Below the pieces are notes generated by a model. It did not search any database. It had not been told where the DNA came from and was given only the letters and a program-made list of their open reading frames with translations. From assembly GCA_964632315.1 (NCBI GenBank), contig CAZWEM010000003.1, positions 1 through 13,913 of the forward strand: a DNA stretch of 13,913 nt. Direction: 5' to 3'. The position numbers were made by a program, and so were the translations under genes. Below are positions 10,094-13,913 of the stretch, in pieces; the stretch's first letter is position 1; each line of letters begins with the position of its first letter. The DNA is from an uncultured archaeon (GTDB lineage Archaea > Asgardarchaeota > Lokiarchaeia > Sigyniarchaeales > SOKP01).

Positions 10094-10849
10094 GTGATTT
10101 CTAAAATGGAGTTAAAAGAATATAAATATATTAAAATTCAGTTGAAAAGAAATGTTGTTGTTATTCATTTCAACCGTCCAGAAAAGAAAAATGCTTTAAG
10201 TTTGGCTATGCGAACCGAAATAATTGACGCATTGAACGCTTTAAAATTAGAAAAGAGAGTAAGAAGCGTCATTTTTTATGGTGGAGAAGAATTTTTTTCC
10301 GCTGGTTTTGACAGGGATGAGGTTCAAGCGGTTGTAGAAGGAAAAAGCGAGTATCAAGAATTTGTAGAATCAAATCACTTGTTTCATGAAACGATTCTAA
10401 ATTACCCTAAACTGTTGATTGCTGCAATAAATGGCTTTGCTCTCGCGGGGGCATTTGATTTGGCAGTAATCTGTCACATTAGAGTTTGTTCAAGAACTGC
10501 TCTTTTTGGCCATCCAGAGATTAGGTTCGGGGCCTGTCCTTTATTCTTCCCTTACATGGAGCTTGTTGGAAGAGGAAAGGCAATCGAAATTGCACTGAAT
10601 ACATCATCAAAAGAAAATTTCTTAAATGCTGAAGAGGCTTATCGACTTAATTTAATAAATAAGATTGTAGAGCCCATAGAAGTATTAAGCGAATCAATTA
10701 AAATGGCAAAGGAAATTAATAAAAACCCCGATTTTGCAGTATCTCAATTGTTAAATGTGAATAAAATATTTTTTAACAGAGTAGAAGCATTTGATATTGA
10801 GATTGATTCGATTGTAAGAAGCATGAAAAAACTATTAGATAAAAAATAA
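10094..10849 (+). CDS. Enoyl-CoA hydratase/isomerase (crotonase) family protein
   Basis: Motifs FNRPEKKNALS, FSAGFD, PKLLIAAINGFALAG and FGHPEIRFG. The start may be ATG at 10106. Confidence 0.92.
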   Translation: MISKMELKEYKYIKIQLKRNVVVIHFNRPEKKNALSLAMRTEIIDALNALKLEKRVRSVIFYGGEEFFSAGFDRDEVQAVVEGKSEYQEFVESNHLFHETILNYPKLLIAAINGFALAGAFDLAVICHIRVCSRTALFGHPEIRFGACPLFFPYMELVGRGKAIEIALNTSSKENFLNAEEAYRLNLINKIVEPIEVLSESIKMAKEINKNPDFAVSQLLNVNKIFFNRVEAFDIEIDSIVRSMKKLLDKK

Positions 10850-10931
10850 CAGTGAGTCCCTTTCGATACGTCACTCACGATTTGCTTTTGTATAACAACA
10901 GGCTACTCAGTCTTATTAGCTAACTCACTGT
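10849..10931. repeat. 9-bp inverted repeat enclosing the gap between two convergent genes (possible terminator/3'UTR structure)
   Basis: acagtgagt at 10849-10857 and actcactgt at 10923-10931 are exact reverse complements. Confidence 0.55.
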
Positions 10932-10933
10932 GG

Positions 10934-12247
10934 CTAAATGACTTTCTTTCCACAATTCGGACATATTAAGGCTCCTTCGGGAAGCAAACCTCCACAATGC
11001 TTGCAATATGGGTCCTCTTGATAACCTTTTTTAGAGACAAATCTTGGTATTACCTTTAATGCACCAGCAAGATCGTCAGGGAATTTTGGGGGATTAAGGA
11101 TGTAAGGATAGGGATAATCTCCTCCACGATTGCCTCTAGAACGAAGATCCGATAGATAATCTGGAATTTCGGTTGTTATTTGGATATCTGTCTTTAATGC
11201 CATGAAGCTTTCATTATCGTGCTTGAGTTCTTCAATGATATCATATCGTTTTAGGTATTCTAAAGACTCATCGAGGTATTTTAAGGAGCGTTCAGATAAC
11301 ACGTGAGAAAGTTCATCTTTGGAAAAGATACCTTTTCTTAGTTGCGATAAGATGGTATACTTCCTTGAATCCGATAGGATTTGAAGTAAAACATATGAAT
11401 CTTCTTCTGATTCTTTTCCACTTTTATTTTCATATAGACTAAAATATTCTTGTACCTTCGGAAGCAGGTTTTTAATCATATCGTTTTCGAGATCTTCAGG
11501 AGCTTCTCCTAAATATTTACTTAAGCTTTCTGGAGGAATTCTTTTCACGCGTACCTCTTTCGATAAAAACACGTATTTCTCAATAAATCCGACTTGAGTA
11601 ATGAAGATCAATTGTTTTTATACGAGATTATCCATTAATTCTTTGAAACTGAAAAGTGGAAAAACCTCGTTAAACCATTCATTCAATTCTTCTAATGAGA
11701 TTTGTCCTTTTGACACCTTACTTAGAGTAAGATATACATGACGTTTGGTTAATAGGGTAGCAATTTGTTCTTCTTCACTTTTTTCTCGAGTTTCTTCAAT
11801 GGTAGCCCAGTAGAGCTCTTTAACCAATTCTTTTAAGATTTCATTGTTTTTTATAATTAAATCTTTATCGTCTTCTTCCATATTGTTTATATCGCTAATA
11901 TAAAATGCTGTATAGATTTCTCCATTTAATTGAAGTTTTGAACAAAAATCTGCGCATAAATTCATTAAATTGTGCTCCATCTCTGCGGATATTTGATCAT
12001 CAAAAATTATTGATACCATCACCTTCTCATTGTTCCCTCTTGACCAATCAGACTGAATCTCGAAATAGTAGTTTATGAATAGCTTATCCTCAAAAGAAAA
12101 AGTAAAAAAGCCTTCACTTACAGTTTGGTGTAAGATATTAGCAACTCGACCTGTGAATTGGTCATCTAATTCTTCTTTTGGGAAGGTATGCAATACTATC
12201 GGTCCCATTTTTCTATGAAGGTATGATAACACCACCATAGGCTTCAA
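10934..12247 (-). pseudogene. Single 437-codon gene (longin/uDENN-like N-terminus, winged-helix repeats, Pro-rich linker, C-terminal zinc ribbon) interrupted by one in-frame TAA at 11618-11620
   Basis: ORFs 11618..12247 and 10934..11611 are in the same frame: ELMDNLV*KQLIFITQVG. The N-terminus has a GP.V...FP motif and the C-terminus has CKHC-x10-CPNC. A GGAG SD-like sequence precedes the TTG start. Confidence 0.7.
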
Positions 12248-12516
12248 TGATTAAATCTCCTCTTTCTTACAGATTATGAATTCTTTGCAAACTTTTTTCA
12301 ACATGTCCAATTTACACTTTTTTTGTATTTTTTGCCTTCTCCCAATATTAGTAGATAGTAAATTATTTTATAGTTTTTGAAGATATTGAAATCAATATAG
12401 GAATAAATAGATAAAAATGAAGTATTTTGAATTAAGGTTAGGGATTTATGACTTTAACTTGATTTAGTGAAGTAAATATTCAATTTACCATAAAATAAAA
12501 TGTAGAAAAAAATAAA

Positions 12517-13117
12517 TTAATCCATTGCGTATTTCTTCGTCCAGCTTTCGGCTTTGGACTCGAATTTCTTCAAAGCCCGGAAATATTGTTCACCAGCTTC
12601 ATGATTTAACGGATCACCGGGATTAAAGAAGGGCGGCTTTACACGTCATGCAAGATAACTGCATGGCTCCATGTGCATCATGCCCTTCAATGCCTCAATG
12701 ATGTTCGTTAAAGTTTTACTTGGTGTCCATCCACTCGCCCCGGTCGAGGCATCCACTTTTCCTACGAGATCGGGATTTATTAAATCTAAGCAAATGTTCA
12801 ATTTCCCCGGTGGTATCGAACTATCGATATTTGGATCGGCATTTATAGATAAGTTCTATAAATTATGCCACATCAGAGTAACCGCATACGCGTTTATCCT
12901 TTTCAAGCGATTTGCTTTGAAAAAATGGAGGCGTAAACGGATAATTCTCGGGGAACTTGATTTCGAACACGAATTTTCCCTTATAATAGGGGGTACCATC
13001 TTTGCCATGAATGGTTAGCCGCAGGTGGTCGATGCTTCGACCCCATGGTTCGATTACCACGGAGGGGTCCTCTTTAAACGCTTCGAGCGCTTCAGCATAA
13101 TCGGTTTCTTCTCTCAC
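12517..13117 (-). CDS. Ubiquitin-conjugating enzyme E2 (UBC fold), 169 aa after splicing; exons 13117-12925, 12893-12865, 12834-12669, 12638-12517
   Basis: The joined exons (193+29+166+122 = 510 nt) translate to MREETDYAEALEAFKEDPSVVIEPWGRSIDHLRLTIHGKDGTPYYKGKFVFEIKFPENYPFTPPYAYAVTLMWHPNIDSSIPPGKLNICLDLINPDLVGKVDASTGASGWTPSKTLTNIIEALKGMMHMEPPFFNPGDPLNHEAGEQYFRALKKFESKAESWTKKYAMD*. All E2 hallmarks are present: GTPY..G.F, YPF.PP, HPNI, ICLDL with Cys89 at 12790-12792, WTP, DPLN.EA and WTKKYA. Confidence 0.92.
12639..12668 (-). other. Putative archaeal-type (canonical BHB) mRNA intron 3, 30 nt
   Basis: mRNA: GC-ACAU-GG|A-GCCAUGCA-GUUAUCU-UGCAUGAC-GUGU-AA|A-GC. It has a 4-bp central helix, two 3-nt bulges and an inner stem with 7 of 8 bp paired. 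It contains an in-frame TGA (12646-12648), and removal gives HMEPPFFNPGDPLN. Confidence 0.85.
12835..12864 (-). other. Putative archaeal-type (canonical BHB) mRNA intron 2, 30 nt
   Basis: mRNA: UG-UGGC-AU|A-AUUUAUAGA-ACUUA-UCUAUAAAU-GCCG-AU|C-CA. It has a 4-bp central helix, two 3-nt bulges and a perfect 9-bp inner stem. It contains an in-frame TAG (12856-12858), and removal joins H and P of HPN. Confidence 0.88.
12894..12924 (-). other. Putative archaeal-type (relaxed BHB/BHL) mRNA intron 1, 31 nt
   Basis: mRNA: UACGC-CUCC-AU|U-UUUUCAAAGC-AAAUC-GCUUGAAAA-GGAU-AA|A-C-GCGUA. The central helix is 3 of 4 bp paired, the inner stem is 9 bp with one bulged A, and the outer stem is 5 bp. Removal repairs the frameshift and restores the E2 PP-x9-HPN spacing. 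Confidence 0.78.
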
Positions 13118-13451
13118 GTAAGCTCACTTTTTGGTTGATTTTCATGTAATTAAATTAGAGTTGCATTAATTTTTGTTTAACTATCTAATTTGAGTTGTAC
13201 TTAAAAAATATTGTCATGCGATCGAAATTTACTTTGGATCGTATAATAAATAGAAAGGTATATTCTTCAAAAATTTTTGGTTTGGAAATTATACACATGA
13301 AAAAGAAAATCAGATCTATGTCTAACAAAAATCTTGTTTTAATTCCTCAATGTGGAGGTCTTTTTGACTTTTAAGATTCACTATCATTTTTTATTCTAAG
13401 ATAGAGCTGTTTTTGAGCTGTTTTATAAAAAAATAGAAAATTTGAATATTT

Positions 13452-13913
13452 TTAGGTTAAAGAATGGGTTTTTTTTCGTAAAAAGATGACGATCCCAATT
13501 GTTAGCATAATGACTATTAAGGAAATCCCAAGATAATATCCTGGGATAAATGGCTTTTCAAGATTCAGTGATAATTTTGAATCAGATGCTGCATCTAACT
13601 GAACTAATACATAATTAATATAATGAAGGTCAACTCTATAAGGAGTTTCGGGGAGAGTGAAGTTAAATGTTGTAGTACCATTAATGACCAAGTATTGAGG
13701 AATAATTGGGGTGGTTATAACGTGATTATTAGCTCCGTAAATACTGAAGGGAATTTCTTGATAATATGCAAATTGGTTAAATTTTTCATTAAGATCTTCA
13801 ATGGTAAAAGTTAGTTCGTTTGTATCTGAATTAAAAGAATGATTCTTGAATGAATATCTGGGAAGATATAGATTATTAAACCAAGGTAAGAAGAACCAAT
13901 CGAGAGAACTTCC
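13452..13913 (-). CDS. 3' part of a membrane-anchored protein, probably an M1-family aminopeptidase, with an IPGY-TM-basic (Loki-CTERM/PGF-CTERM-like) sorting signal
   Basis: The frame is open from the window end: GSSLDWFFLPWFNNLYLPRY...KPFIPGYYLGISLIVIMLTIGIVIFLRKKTHSLT*. LDWFF..W....LP resembles the end of the M1 peptidase catalytic domain. The HExxH motif would lie outside the window, so the product call is tentative. Confidence 0.7.
   Translation of the reverse strand, partial: GSSLDWFFLPWFNNLYLPRYSFKNHSFNSDTNELTFTIEDLNEKFNQFAYYQEIPFSIYGANNHVITTPIIPQYLVINGTTTFNFTLPETPYRVDLHYINYVLVQLDAASDSKLSLNLEKPFIPGYYLGISLIVIMLTIGIVIFLRKKTHSLT

Noticed and set aside
11563-11624. BHB intron removing the TAA in the longin-like gene
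   Set aside because: No 4-bp helix with 3-nt bulges can be built, and the region reads as continuous protein-like sequence.
12728-12757. AGTGGATG direct repeat around a small GC hairpin within E2 exon 3, considered as another intron
   Set aside because: The 22-nt period would break the frame, there is no BHB, and the frame is already open.
12639-12864. Pyrrolysine (TAG) or selenocysteine (TGA) readthrough of the in-frame stops in the E2 gene
   Set aside because: Readthrough would leave 10 extra residues inside the HPN motif and cannot fix the 31-nt frameshift. Excision explains all three lesions.
12639-12924. Translational bypassing (ribosome hopping) over the hairpins
   Set aside because: There are no consistent matching take-off and landing codons (e.g. 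CAT vs GAT, CCA vs ATA), whereas BHB geometry fits all three. It is disfavoured but only formally excluded by cDNA data.
12639-12924. Spliceosomal (GT-AG) introns / eukaryotic contamination
   Set aside because: No frame-restoring GT...AG boundaries were found, and the rest of the window is compact prokaryotic DNA with SD-like sites and a toxin-antitoxin pair.
12671-13018. 115-aa + strand ORF
   Set aside because: It is an antisense shadow of the E2 gene with no recognisable motifs.
12863-13117. 84-aa ORF as a complete protein or simple pseudogene
   Set aside because: It is exon 1 read into intron 1. The remaining E2 sequence continues undamaged to 12517.
13404-13424. Tandem GAGCTGTTTT x2
   Set aside because: There are only two short copies with no spacers, so it is not CRISPR-like, and no function can be supported.
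13623-13814. 63-aa + strand ORF
   Set aside because: It is antisense to the longer open minus-strand frame 13452..>13913.

Overview
AT-rich archaeal DNA, most likely an Asgard (Lokiarchaeia-like) genome. This is inferred from an E2 ubiquitin-conjugating enzyme gene, an SDS22-type LRR protein, a longin/DENN-like zinc-ribbon protein and an IPGY-TM-basic C-terminal sorting signal. The left part holds ordinary accessory genes: VOC/PhnB-like, RibD/DHFR-like, F420 reductase, HIBADH-like, Zn-dependent dehydrogenase, a UPF0175/PIN toxin-antitoxin pair, an HSL esterase and an enoyl-CoA hydratase. The main result is at 12517-13117 (- strand). The E2 gene, which the ORF track truncates at 84 aa, is interrupted by three unrelated 30-31 nt hairpin insertions. 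Each folds with its flanking exon into a bulge-helix-bulge (BHB)-type motif, the substrate of the archaeal tRNA-splicing endonuclease. Cutting all three at the canonical BHB positions yields a complete 169-aa E2 with intact YPFTPP, HPN and catalytic Cys motifs. This appears to be a multi-intron protein-coding mRNA in an archaeal eukaryotic-signature gene. The neighbouring longin-like gene is split by a single in-frame TAA.
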